A stretch of DNA of 64,000 nucleotides from an uncultured Gemmatimonadales bacterium (GTDB lineage Bacteria; Gemmatimonadota; Gemmatimonadetes; Gemmatimonadales; Gemmatimonadaceae): assembly GCA_963851265.1 (NCBI GenBank), contig CAWKNZ010000001.1, positions 160,001-224,000 of the forward strand, in the 5' to 3' direction. The position numbers and the translations under genes are program-made. Below are positions 36,644 through 45,951 of the stretch, one piece after another. The notes under the pieces are model-generated. The model worked only from the letters and a program-made list of their open reading frames with translations, was not told the origin of the DNA and searched no databases. Each line of letters begins with the position of its first letter. Position 1 is the stretch's first letter.

Positions 36644-37530
36644 TGCCCCCGGCCCCCCCACGGCGGCTCGGACGCGGCCTCGAGGCGCTACTCGCGTCAC
36701 GCACGGCGACGGAACCCACCCCGGAGGAGCGGAGCGCGCTGCGCAACATCCCGCTCGCCGAGATCCGGCCGAACCCGTACCAGCCACGGCAGTCGTTCCG
36801 GCCGGAAGAACTCGCAGAGCTCGAAGCGAGTCTGCGGACGTCGGGACTCCTGCAGCCGGTGACGGTGCGTCCTGCGGCGGAGGGGAGCGGGTACGAGCTC
36901 GTCGCCGGCGAGCGGCGTCTGCGCGCGGCCACCAACATCGGCTGGACCGAGATTCCGGCCGTCGTGAAGCCGATCGACGACCGGACGCTGCTCACCCTCG
37001 CCCTCGTCGAGAACCTGCAGCGCGCCGACCTCGACGCGCTCGAGGAGGCCGAGGGCTATCAACGTCTGCTCGACGAGTTCGGCCTGACGCAACAGCAGGT
37101 GGCCGAGGTCGTCGGAAAGGACCGCTCGACCGTGGCGAGCACGCTGCGCCTGCTCGCGCTCCCCGCTTCAGTACGCCGGATGGTGCAGGAACGGGATCTC
37201 ACCGCGGGACACGCGCGCGCCCTCCTCGCGCTCGGTGACGAACGGCCGATGGCCGATCTCGCGCGTGAGGCGGTGACCAACGGGTGGAGCGTGCGCGAGG
37301 TCGAGCGTCGGGTGCGCGCCCTGCTCGAACGCCCACCCCGCCCAACCGCGCCCGTGGCCGACGCGCGCCCGGCCGAAGTGCGGCGCACCGAGGACCACCT
37401 CCGCCGTCACTTTGCCACCGACGTTGCGATCAAGCTCACGGGTCAGGAGAAGGGGGAGATCCGCATCGCCTTCTACTCGGCGGACGACTTCGAGCGGCTG
37501 CTCACGACGCTCGGCACCCGCCCCGAGTGA
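36643..37530 (+). CDS. parB: Chromosome partition protein ParB/Spo0J
   Basis: LGRGLEAL, PNPYQPR, GERRLRA, ENLQR, HTH, GHARALL. Confidence 0.97.
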   Translation: MPPAPPRRLGRGLEALLASRTATEPTPEERSALRNIPLAEIRPNPYQPRQSFRPEELAELEASLRTSGLLQPVTVRPAAEGSGYELVAGERRLRAATNIGWTEIPAVVKPIDDRTLLTLALVENLQRADLDALEEAEGYQRLLDEFGLTQQQVAEVVGKDRSTVASTLRLLALPASVRRMVQERDLTAGHARALLALGDERPMADLAREAVTNGWSVREVERRVRALLERPPRPTAPVADARPAEVRRTEDHLRRHFATDVAIKLTGQEKGEIRIAFYSADDFERLLTTLGTRPE

Positions 37531-37571
37531 GATGCGTTGAAGCACCGGGTACCCAATGCACGCCGGCCGGA

Positions 37572-37681
37572 TGTGGACGAAGTTCTCCACATCCGGCCAA
37601 CGTCTTACCGCGCAATCACTTCCGGAGTTTTCCGCATGCTCGTCTCCCGATTTTCCACAGCTTCCCACATCGCGTGGATGA
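37572..37681. promoter_or_regulatory. Cluster of DnaA-box-like 9-mers
   Basis: TGTGGACGA, TTCTCCACA, TTTTCCGCA, TTTTCCACA, CTTCCCACA, CGTGGATGA within 110 bp. Confidence 0.6.
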
Positions 37682-38781
37682 TCGTCGGCGCCGCGGCCAC
37701 CGTCGCCTGCGGCCGCGCGGGTGAGCAGCAGGTGGCCGACACGGCCCACGCTGCTGCGAGCACCGGAGCTGCGAGCACCGGAGCTGCGGGCGCCGGGGCC
37801 GGCGCTGCCGCCGCGAGCGGTCCGTTCCGCGTCGCCCTGCTCACCCCGGGGCCCATCTCCGACCAGTCCTGGAACGGCGGCGCGTACAACGGCCTGCTCG
37901 CCATCCGCGACTCGCTCGGCGCGCAGGTCAGCCACGTTCAGACCAAGACGCCCGCCGAGTTCGAGGAGAACTTCCGGCAGTACGGCGCCAAGGGGTACGC
38001 GCTCGTGTTCGGGCACGGTTTCGAGTTTCAGGACGCCGCGGTGCGCGTCGCGCCGTCGTACCCCAAGACGTTCTACGTCACGACGTCGGGCAACACGGCC
38101 AAGGCGAACGTGGCCGGGATGACCTTCGCGTTCGAGGAGCCGAGCTACCTGGCCGGGATGGTCGCCGGACGCATGACCAGGACCGGCGTCGTCGGCGTGA
38201 TTGGCGGCACCGAGCTACCGCCGGTGAAGTCGAGCTTCGACGCGTTCACCGCGGGCGCGAAGGCGGCCAACCCGAAGGTGCGCGTGCTCTCGTCGTACAT
38301 CGGCAACTGGGACGACGTGAGTGCCGGGAAGGAGCAGGCACTCGCGCAGATCGGGCGCGGTGCCGACGTGATCTTCCAGAACGCCGATGCGGCGGGGCTC
38401 GGCGTGTTCCAGGCCGCGCGCGAGCGGCACGTCTACGCCTTCGGTTCCAACTCCAACCAGAATGCCGTCGCGCCCGACGTGGTGCTCGGCTCCGTGGTGA
38501 TCGACCTGCCGCGCGCCTTCCTGCGCGTCGCGCGCGAGGTGAAGACCGGCGGGTTCCACGGTCAGGTGGTGCGGCTCGGCCTCGACACGAAAGTGGTCAC
38601 GCTGGTCATGAATCCCGCGCTCGCCGGCAAGGTCCCCGCGACCGTGACCGCCGCCGTCGACTCGGCCGAGAAGGCGATCGAAGCCGGGCGGCTGCAGCCG
38701 CTGCCCAGCGGCGCTCGGTACGGCGGTGGGGAAGGCGGCTCCGGGGTGAAGGTGAGCGAGGCCGCGCCGGGCAAGTCGTAA
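37636..38781 (+). CDS. BMP-family ABC substrate-binding lipoprotein (nucleoside-type)
   Basis: Lipobox TVAC; DQSWN, GHGFEF, SYLAG, GADVIF. Confidence 0.92.
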   Translation: MLVSRFSTASHIAWMIVGAAATVACGRAGEQQVADTAHAAASTGAASTGAAGAGAGAAAASGPFRVALLTPGPISDQSWNGGAYNGLLAIRDSLGAQVSHVQTKTPAEFEENFRQYGAKGYALVFGHGFEFQDAAVRVAPSYPKTFYVTTSGNTAKANVAGMTFAFEEPSYLAGMVAGRMTRTGVVGVIGGTELPPVKSSFDAFTAGAKAANPKVRVLSSYIGNWDDVSAGKEQALAQIGRGADVIFQNADAAGLGVFQAARERHVYAFGSNSNQNAVAPDVVLGSVVIDLPRAFLRVAREVKTGGFHGQVVRLGLDTKVVTLVMNPALAGKVPATVTAAVDSAEKAIEAGRLQPLPSGARYGGGEGGSGVKVSEAAPGKS

Positions 38782-38784
38782 GCG

Positions 38785-38805
38785 CGCGACCGCGCCGCGG
38801 TCGCG
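38785..38805. terminator. Hairpin between convergent genes
   Basis: CGCGACCGC-gcc-GCGGTCGCG fills the gap between the two stop codons. Confidence 0.5.
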
Positions 38806-39606
38806 TTACAGCCCCGTCGGCTCGCCGACGAAGCGCCAGTCCAGCCCGAACGTTCGCGCCAACTCGTCGCCGAGCGCGCGGACGCCGAGCGTCTCGGTGG
38901 CGTAGTGGCCGGCGTAGATCACCACGAGGCCGCGCTCCACGGCCTCGACGGCCGTGTGATGCGGCCCCTCGCCCACGATAAGCGTGTCGAGCCCTCGCGA
39001 CTGTGCCTCCGCCAGCGATTCGCTCGACGCCCCCGCGCCCGTGCAGATCCCCCAACGGCGCGTGCGGTGCCCCGCCGGGATCGGCGTGTGGCGCGCCACG
39101 TGTCCCCAGCGCGCCGCGAACGCCGTCGCCCGTTCGGCCAGCGCCACCGTGTCGAGGTCGGCCTCTCCGCTCACGCCGACGTCGACCGTCTTGTAGCGCG
39201 CGAACCCCCCGCCGGGTGTGAGGTCCAACGCGCGGGCGAGCAGGACGTTGTTGCCGACCTCGGGATGCACGTCGAGCGGCAGGTGGGACGAGTAGACGGC
39301 CAGGTCGTGCGCGAACAGCAGGCGCAGCCGCTCGTAGGCCGCGCCGACCACTGGCTGCACCCCCGACCAGAACATGCCGTGATGCACGATCAGCAGCCCT
39401 GCCCCGGTCGCGGCGGCCTGCTCGATCGCCGCGCGTGAGAAGTCGACCGCCACCGCGACGCGCTCCACCGCGCCCGAGTTCGCGCACTGCAGCCCGTTGA
39501 CGGCGCCGCCGTAGTCCGGCACCTCGCGAGTGCGGAGCAACGTGTCGAGATGCGCGACCACCTCGGCCAACCCCGCCTGCTCTGCCCCGCCCTGAGTCCC
39601 GACCAA
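38806..39606 (-). CDS. Nif3-like dinuclear metal centre protein (YbgI family)
   Basis: NGLQ, VHHG, HLPLDVHPEVGNN, GE, AGHYATE; GGAGGA before TTG 39606. Confidence 0.93.
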   Translation of the reverse strand: MVGTQGGAEQAGLAEVVAHLDTLLRTREVPDYGGAVNGLQCANSGAVERVAVAVDFSRAAIEQAAATGAGLLIVHHGMFWSGVQPVVGAAYERLRLLFAHDLAVYSSHLPLDVHPEVGNNVLLARALDLTPGGGFARYKTVDVGVSGEADLDTVALAERATAFAARWGHVARHTPIPAGHRTRRWGICTGAGASSESLAEAQSRGLDTLIVGEGPHHTAVEAVERGLVVIYAGHYATETLGVRALGDELARTFGLDWRFVGEPTGL

Positions 39607-39818
39607 TGCGCTCCTCCGTCCCGCGGTCCTCGCCGGCACCTCACCCCGTCCGGGGTGCGCGACCGTGCGATCTCACGTGTTCCGCGGCCGCCCACAACGC
39701 CATCCAACGTACACGCCCGGCCGGGTCCTGCCGCCTCGTCGGCCCGCCCGATCGATAGGCCACCCCGCCGCATTGCGCTTCCCTGGCGCGCCCACGCCCG
39801 ATGCGCGAGGTTGGCCCG

Positions 39819-40211
39819 ATGTCCCCGTCCCCATGGCCGGTCGCCCTCGTCTTCGGCGTCGCGGGCGTGCTGCACTTCGTGATACCGCGCACGTACGAGC
39901 AGATCATGCCGCCGTGGATTCCCGCCACCGGCCCGTTCGGTCACCGTGCCCTCGTGCTCGCGAGTGGCGCGTTCGAGATCCTCGGCGCGCTCGGCGTCCT
40001 GTACGCCCCCACGCGCGTCGCATCCGGTTGGGGCCTCGTCGTACTGCTGCTCGCCGTCCTGCCGGCCAACGTCGAGATGCTCGCGGCCGCACGGCGGAGC
40101 CGCGCGGCGGCGTGGGCGCAGGTGTTGCTCGTCGCGCGGCTGCCACTGCAGGGCGTGATGATGTGGTGGGTGTGGGCGTCCGCCGTCCGCGACGGCGCCG
40201 TCCGCGGGTGA
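39819..40211 (+). CDS. DoxX-like membrane protein
   Basis: AGVLHF, IMPPWIP, SGAFEI, PAN, RLPLQ. Confidence 0.8.
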   Translation: MSPSPWPVALVFGVAGVLHFVIPRTYEQIMPPWIPATGPFGHRALVLASGAFEILGALGVLYAPTRVASGWGLVVLLLAVLPANVEMLAAARRSRAAAWAQVLLVARLPLQGVMMWWVWASAVRDGAVRG

Positions 40212-40215
40212 ACCC

Positions 40216-40842
40216 ATGGCTCTTCGTTCCTCGCGTGCGATGCCCGCCGCTCCGCCCGAACTCACCATCGCCCTGACGCGGTGCGCCGATGCGAGCACCG
40301 TGTTCCGCCTGACCCGGGCCGACGGCTCGGCGACGTGGCAGCGCACCCATGGCGCGACTGGTGCCTTCTTTCCGCGTCATGACCTCGCCCACTATGCGGT
40401 CGAGACGGTGCTCGGCCACCGTCGAGGGTTCTACGGTCTCGTGGCCGACGGCTGGGACCTCGACAGCTTCGCCGCGCCCTGGCCGCGTGGTCGCCTCGTC
40501 GACATCGATCCGTCCGAGTTGATCGTGGGGTTCCTCGACCGCACGGGTCTCGCGGACGGAACCGAGGCGGACGCGGGCGCGCTCAACGACACCGCGACGA
40601 CGTTCTTCGCCTCGCCCCGCGCCGATCCGGCGAGCGCCGCACGCTGGCGCGACCTGCGCGACGTCGATCTCGCGGCCGTGCGCGCGCGGGCCCGCGCCCT
40701 CGTGTCGGCCTGGGACACGCTCCCCATCGGTGAGACGCTCACGCTCGTGTTCGACCGCACCGTGTTCGACCGCATCGTGCTCGGCCCCACCGCGTTCGAC
40801 CGCTCTGCGGTCGGCGGCGCCGCGCCGTTCGCGAACGGCTGA
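40216..40842 (+). CDS. Hypothetical protein (HDLAH motif)
   Basis: RADGSATW, HDLAHYAVE, GFYGLVADGW; start 40216 or 40240. Confidence 0.7.
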   Translation: MALRSSRAMPAAPPELTIALTRCADASTVFRLTRADGSATWQRTHGATGAFFPRHDLAHYAVETVLGHRRGFYGLVADGWDLDSFAAPWPRGRLVDIDPSELIVGFLDRTGLADGTEADAGALNDTATTFFASPRADPASAARWRDLRDVDLAAVRARARALVSAWDTLPIGETLTLVFDRTVFDRIVLGPTAFDRSAVGGAAPFANG

Positions 40843-40846
40843 TCGG

Positions 40847-42418
40847 ATGGTGACTGTCCCGCCCGTGCCGGCGGGCGCCGCCGCGGCGCTCGCCCTCGAC
40901 GGCATCGTGAAACAGTACGGCGGCGTGCGCGCCCTCGACGCGGCGGGGCTCACCGTCTCGCGCGGCACACTGCACGCCGTGCTCGGCGAGAACGGCGCGG
41001 GGAAGACGACGTTGATGCGCGTGGCGTTCGGGCTCGTGCGGCCGGACGCGGGCACACTGCGCGTGGACGGCATCGCGCGCCGCTTCGAGACCCCGCGCGA
41101 CGCGATCGCGGCGGGCATCGGGATGGTGCACCAGCATTTCACGATCGTTCCCGCGATGACCGTGGCCGAGAACGTCGCGCTCGGCGGGCGCGGCGGCTAC
41201 GATCCGCGCCGCGGGGCGGACCGCGTGCGCGCGCTGGGCGAGCGCACCGGCCTGCGTCTCGACCCCGACGCGCGTGCCGGCACGCTCGGCGTCGCCGCGC
41301 AGCAGCGGCTCGAAGTGCTGAAGGCGCTCGCCCGCGGCGGCGCGGGTGCACACGACACGGCGGACGGCACCGCGTCGGCCGCGCGCCTGCTCATCCTCGA
41401 CGAGCCCGCCGCAGTGCTCGCCCCCGCGGAATCGGACGAGCTGCTACGCTGGTTGCGCGGGTGGGTCGACGCCGGCGGGACCGCGGTGCTCGTCACGCAC
41501 AAGCTGCGGGACGCGCTCCGTCACGCCGACGCCGTGACCGTCCTGCGCCGGGGCGCGACCGTACTCGCCACCCCGCTCGGCGCCGCGGGCGCAACCGCCC
41601 CCGTCGACGAGCACACCCTCACCCTGGCGATGCTCGGCACCGAGACGCCGGGCGCCGACGCCGGACTGACCGGCGACGCCGGCCCTCCGCGTCCGGCCGA
41701 CCTGCACGACCCGCAGGAGACGGAGCGGGCGGGCGCGCCCATGGTCGTCGCGCGGCTCGCCGGGGTACGCGTCGTCGACGCTGCCGGCGTGACCCGGCTC
41801 CGTGATGCGACGGTGGAGCTTCGTGCGGGGCGCGTGGTCGGCGTCGCGGCGGTCGAGGGAAGCGGCCAGCACGAGCTGCTGCGCGTGCTCGCCGGGCGGC
41901 TCGCGCCGTCGGACGGCACGGCGGTCGTGCCGTCCACCGTCGCCTTCGTGCCCGAGGACCGGCATCGCGACGCGCTCATGCTCGACGGCTCGCTGGCGGA
42001 GAACCTCGCCCTCGCGGGCGCGGGGGTACGCCGCGGTCGGTTGGCGTGGGCGCGCGTGCGCGAGAACGCCGACGCCCTCGTCGCGGCCGCGGACGTGCGC
42101 GGCGGGGCGTCGGCGACCGCGGCGCGGGCGCTCTCGGGTGGCAACCAGCAGAAATTCGTCGTCGCGCGCGAACTCGCCCCCGGTCCTACGCTCGTCGTCG
42201 CCGAGAACCCTACGCGCGGGCTCGACGTCCGCGCCGCGGCGAGCGTGCGGGCGCGGCTGCGCGCCGCGGCCACGGCCGGCGCGGCGGTCGTCGTCTACGC
42301 GAGCGACCTCGATGAGGTGCTGGGCTTGGCCGACGAGATGCTCGTGGTGTATGACGGCCTCGTCCGCCGTGCCCCGGTCGACCGCGGCGTCGTCGGCCGA
42401 CTGATGCTGGGCGCCTGA
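40847..42418 (+). CDS. ABC transporter ATP-binding protein (two-domain sugar/nucleoside type)
   Basis: GENGAGKTT, GMVHQHF, ILDEP, LSGGNQQK, PTRGLD. Confidence 0.93.
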   Translation: MVTVPPVPAGAAAALALDGIVKQYGGVRALDAAGLTVSRGTLHAVLGENGAGKTTLMRVAFGLVRPDAGTLRVDGIARRFETPRDAIAAGIGMVHQHFTIVPAMTVAENVALGGRGGYDPRRGADRVRALGERTGLRLDPDARAGTLGVAAQQRLEVLKALARGGAGAHDTADGTASAARLLILDEPAAVLAPAESDELLRWLRGWVDAGGTAVLVTHKLRDALRHADAVTVLRRGATVLATPLGAAGATAPVDEHTLTLAMLGTETPGADAGLTGDAGPPRPADLHDPQETERAGAPMVVARLAGVRVVDAAGVTRLRDATVELRAGRVVGVAAVEGSGQHELLRVLAGRLAPSDGTAVVPSTVAFVPEDRHRDALMLDGSLAENLALAGAGVRRGRLAWARVRENADALVAAADVRGGASATAARALSGGNQQKFVVARELAPGPTLVVAENPTRGLDVRAAASVRARLRAAATAGAAVVVYASDLDEVLGLADEMLVVYDGLVRRAPVDRGVVGRLMLGA

Positions 42419-42457
42419 GATCGTCGAAATCGAAAGACTGACGCTGCGAGTTGAATC

Positions 42458-44944
42458 GTGATCCGCCGCACCCCCATCCGCCTGACCCGCCCCTTGCCTC
42501 TCGTCGCCGCGCTCACGGCCGTGGCGGTCGCAAGCGGGTGTCGCGGGACGGGCGTGGTCGAGGACGACCGCCGGCAGTTTGCCGCCGCGGCGCGGGTCAT
42601 CGACTCCGTCGAGGCGGCGCCGACCGTGTCGGACGCGGGCGCGGTCGCGCTCGGCTACCTGGAGCGGCTGCGGATCGGCGTGGCCGCACCGTTCCGGCTC
42701 GTCGAGCAGGCGTCGGTCGATCCGCGGCTCCCGGCGCCGCTGCGCGACCGGGTGGCGTGGGCGCTCATCGATCGTATCCGGCGCGGTGACGCGTTCCACG
42801 TCGACTCGACCGCGCTCGGCGACGGCCCGGCGCCGGCCACGGTGCTCACCGACGGCGGGTGGCACCGCGCGTTCATCGATTCGATCGTCCGCGCCGCGCC
42901 CACGGCCCGCACCGGCGAGGAAACCGTACGCCTCACCTATGCGCTGGCGCGCGCCGAGTGGCTCGTCACGCCGCAGACGGCCACCGCCGCGGTAGACGCC
43001 GCCGCCCTCGCCCGCGACCGGCGTCTCGCGGCCACCGATGCCGAACACCTGCTGGCCGCGCCGCTGTCGGAAACCGACTCGACGCGTCTGCTCCTCGCGC
43101 GGTCGTGGCGCATCGCGCGCCTGTTCGCCTCGGAGCGCCCGCTGCTCGCCGACGACCTCACGCCCGACCACGCGCGCGCCGTGCGGGATGCGGAGCGCGC
43201 GCTCGGCACGCTCCGCGACGCGGCGCTCGCGAGTGTACCCGCCCCGGTCCCCGCCCCGGACGGCCGAGCGCTCGCGGGCGTGACGGCTGCACCCGACTCG
43301 CTCGGGCGGATGGATTCCGCCCGCGTGCGGACGGAGCTCGCCACGACTACCGCGCACGCGGAGGGCGGCGCGGACAGCAGCGTGCTCTCGCTCGGGGCGG
43401 CCGCGCGGCTGAGCGCGCTACCGAGCGTGCGGACCGGCGCCCCGTCGTCGCCCATCGTCGTCTCGCTCGGCGGGTTCCGGCGCGACCTGGGCGCGGGGGA
43501 CGGGCAGACGCCGACCACCGCGCAGGTGCTGCGCACGCGCTTTCTCGCCCGCACGCGAACGGACGAGTCGCTGGTGGCCGAGTGGGCGCTGGCGCGCGCG
43601 GCGCTCCCGGCCGGGAACGCCATCCGCCAGCAACTCGCCCGTGCCGTCGAGGCCGCCGCCGTGGCCGCACGCATCGATGCGCAGGACGCGCCCGCGTTCG
43701 ACGTGCCTGGCGCTTCGTCCGACGGACGGGTTGCCGTTGCCGCGCTCAAGTGGCGTGACGGGGTGCGTGACGTCAGCGTGGAGCCAGATCTGCCCGCCGC
43801 GTGGGGCCCGCGCGTGGCCGCCCGGGTGAGTGCGGCCACGGCTGACCTGCGCAGCGTCCTGCCGGAGCTCGCGCTCGACGGCCTGGCGATCCGCATCGGC
43901 GACAGTCCGCGGCACGATCAGGCCCTCGCGCTCCACGATCCGGCGCGCCACGTCGTGTACCTGCCCCCGCTCACCGCGGCCGGCACGCTCACCCACGAAC
44001 TCGCGCACGACCTCGACTGGCAGACGGCGCGCGGCACGCTCGGGGTGCACGGTGTCTACGTCACCGACCGCGCCATCCGTGTCGACCTCACCCGGGCGTC
44101 GCGCCCGTTCCGAATCGGCTGGCCGCGCGACACGGCGGGGCTGCGCACGCTGGCCGACGCGGTGCGCGCCATGGCCGGCGTGCACACCACCGTGCCGCCA
44201 GGTGCGCTCGGGACGGCCCTCGGCGCCCCCCCGCCGGGGCACCGCGGCGACGACGACCGGCCGGCGGAGCTGTTCGCGCGGGGCACCGACTTCTTCGTCG
44301 CGGCCGCGCTCGCGCGAGAAGGGCGGAGCGACGGCATGCTGAGCGCGGTGCAGGACCCGCTGCTCGTCGGCTACGCCGGCGTGCGCGCCCCCGACCCCGG
44401 CGATGGCACCGCCGAAGCGCTCGTCGACGTGCTCGCGGGCATGACGCTCGTACCGTCGTCGGCGCGTCAGTGGTACCTCGCCCGCTTCGGGCGGGCGGGC
44501 ACGCGCACGCCGCTCGCCCTCGTCGGCGACGTGCTACGCGCGACCCCGGCGTGGAGCGCCGAGGGCGCGCTGCGCATGGTGGGGGTCCCCGGGGGCCTGA
44601 CCGCGGTGGAGGGCACCACGTGGCCGCGCGCGTCCGACCGCGGGCGCAATGGATGCCAGACCGGTGCGGGCGGCGGCGCGCCCGCGGCATGGCAGGCGCG
44701 GCTGCTCTGGATCACGGCCGACGCACGGGCGCGCGGCTACGTCCGCGCGCGCGCGCTGCGCTCGGCTGCCGTGGGCGGTGCGTGGTGGGGGTGGAGCGCC
44801 CAGCCCCTGCTGGGCGGCCCGTGGCGCCCCGAACTGGCCGAGCCGTCCGTCGGGCGCCTGCGCGACGCCGTGCTCCGCGCCACCTCCTCCGAGCGGGAGC
44901 GGCGGCTGCCGTTCGCCAACCCCGACGGAAGCTGCCCGTGGTAG
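42458..44944 (+). CDS. Large hypothetical lipoprotein with zincin-like HELAH motif
   Basis: Lipobox ASGC; GTLTHELAHDLD and ELFAR. Confidence 0.7.
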   Translation: MIRRTPIRLTRPLPLVAALTAVAVASGCRGTGVVEDDRRQFAAAARVIDSVEAAPTVSDAGAVALGYLERLRIGVAAPFRLVEQASVDPRLPAPLRDRVAWALIDRIRRGDAFHVDSTALGDGPAPATVLTDGGWHRAFIDSIVRAAPTARTGEETVRLTYALARAEWLVTPQTATAAVDAAALARDRRLAATDAEHLLAAPLSETDSTRLLLARSWRIARLFASERPLLADDLTPDHARAVRDAERALGTLRDAALASVPAPVPAPDGRALAGVTAAPDSLGRMDSARVRTELATTTAHAEGGADSSVLSLGAAARLSALPSVRTGAPSSPIVVSLGGFRRDLGAGDGQTPTTAQVLRTRFLARTRTDESLVAEWALARAALPAGNAIRQQLARAVEAAAVAARIDAQDAPAFDVPGASSDGRVAVAALKWRDGVRDVSVEPDLPAAWGPRVAARVSAATADLRSVLPELALDGLAIRIGDSPRHDQALALHDPARHVVYLPPLTAAGTLTHELAHDLDWQTARGTLGVHGVYVTDRAIRVDLTRASRPFRIGWPRDTAGLRTLADAVRAMAGVHTTVPPGALGTALGAPPPGHRGDDDRPAELFARGTDFFVAAALAREGRSDGMLSAVQDPLLVGYAGVRAPDPGDGTAEALVDVLAGMTLVPSSARQWYLARFGRAGTRTPLALVGDVLRATPAWSAEGALRMVGVPGGLTAVEGTTWPRASDRGRNGCQTGAGGGAPAAWQARLLWITADARARGYVRARALRSAAVGGAWWGWSAQPLLGGPWRPELAEPSVGRLRDAVLRATSSERERRLPFANPDGSCPW

Positions 44945-44990
44945 GCGGGCCCGCCCCGGCTCCGACTGCTTCGCCTCCGCCCCTGCCCCG

Positions 44991-45941
44991 TTGAGCGCAG
45001 CCCTTCCACAGGCGCTCACCGCGTTCTGGCAGGGCGCGTTCGGGTCGACCGACGCCGTCGTCTCTGCCACCCTCGTCCGCGCCACGCCGCTGATTCTCGC
45101 CGGGCTGGCGGTCGCGGTGGCGTTCCGCGCCGGCGTGCTGAACCTCGGCGCCGAGGGACAGCTGCTGGTGGGCGCGGCGACGGCGGCCACCGTGGGCATC
45201 GCGCTCGCGCCCGCGCTCGGCGGGGCGACCGTGCTGGCGGCGCTGCTCGCCGGCGCCGCGGCGGGGGCGTGCTGGGCTGGAATCGCGGCGTGGCTGCGCG
45301 AGCGCTTCGGCGTGCTCGAGGTCATCAGCACCATCATGCTGAACTTCGTCGCGCTCTACGCCGTAGGCTGGCTCGTGCGCGGGCCGCTGCAGGAACCGAC
45401 GCACGTCTACCCGCAGTCGGCGACGCTCACGGCCGGTGCGCGTCTGCCGCTGCTCGTGCCCGACTCGCGTCTGCACGCCGGGCTCGCGCTCGCCGTGGCC
45501 GCCGCGGTCGCGCTCTGGTGGACGCTCCGGGCGACCGCGGCCGGGTTCCGTCTGCGTGCGGTCGGACTCAATCCCGCGGCCGCGTCCAGTGCCGGACGCA
45601 TCGACGTGCCGCGGGTGACCACGCGCGCCTTCCTCGTCAGCGGCGCCCTCGCCGGTCTCGCCGGCGCGGTCGAGGTCACGGGCGTGACGTTCGCGCTCTA
45701 CGACAACTTCTCGCCCGGGTACGGTTATACCGCGGTCGCCGTGGCGCTGCTCGCCGGCCTGCACCCGTTCGGCGTGCTCGCGACGGGCACCCTCTTCGGC
45801 GCACTCGAGGCTGGCGCGAGCGCGATGCAGCGCGATGCCGGCGTGCCCGCCACCGTGGCGGGCGTGGTAGAGGCCGGGCTGGTACTCGTGGTGCTCGCCG
45901 TCGAGACCCGGCGCCGCCGGTCGGCGGAGCTGGGGACGTGA
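44991..45941 (+). CDS. ABC transporter permease (nucleoside type)
   Basis: ATPLILAGL, NLGAEGQ, EVISTIMLN, GYGY; start uncertain (TTG 44991). Confidence 0.88.
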   Translation: MSAALPQALTAFWQGAFGSTDAVVSATLVRATPLILAGLAVAVAFRAGVLNLGAEGQLLVGAATAATVGIALAPALGGATVLAALLAGAAAGACWAGIAAWLRERFGVLEVISTIMLNFVALYAVGWLVRGPLQEPTHVYPQSATLTAGARLPLLVPDSRLHAGLALAVAAAVALWWTLRATAAGFRLRAVGLNPAAASSAGRIDVPRVTTRAFLVSGALAGLAGAVEVTGVTFALYDNFSPGYGYTAVAVALLAGLHPFGVLATGTLFGALEAGASAMQRDAGVPATVAGVVEAGLVLVVLAVETRRRRSAELGT

Positions 45942-45951
45942 GCGGGCCGCG

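Noticed and set aside
37531..37690. Calling this segment oriC outright
   Set aside because: No AT-rich unwinding element, no dnaA in the window, and the boxes overlap a CDS start; kept only as a DnaA-box cluster
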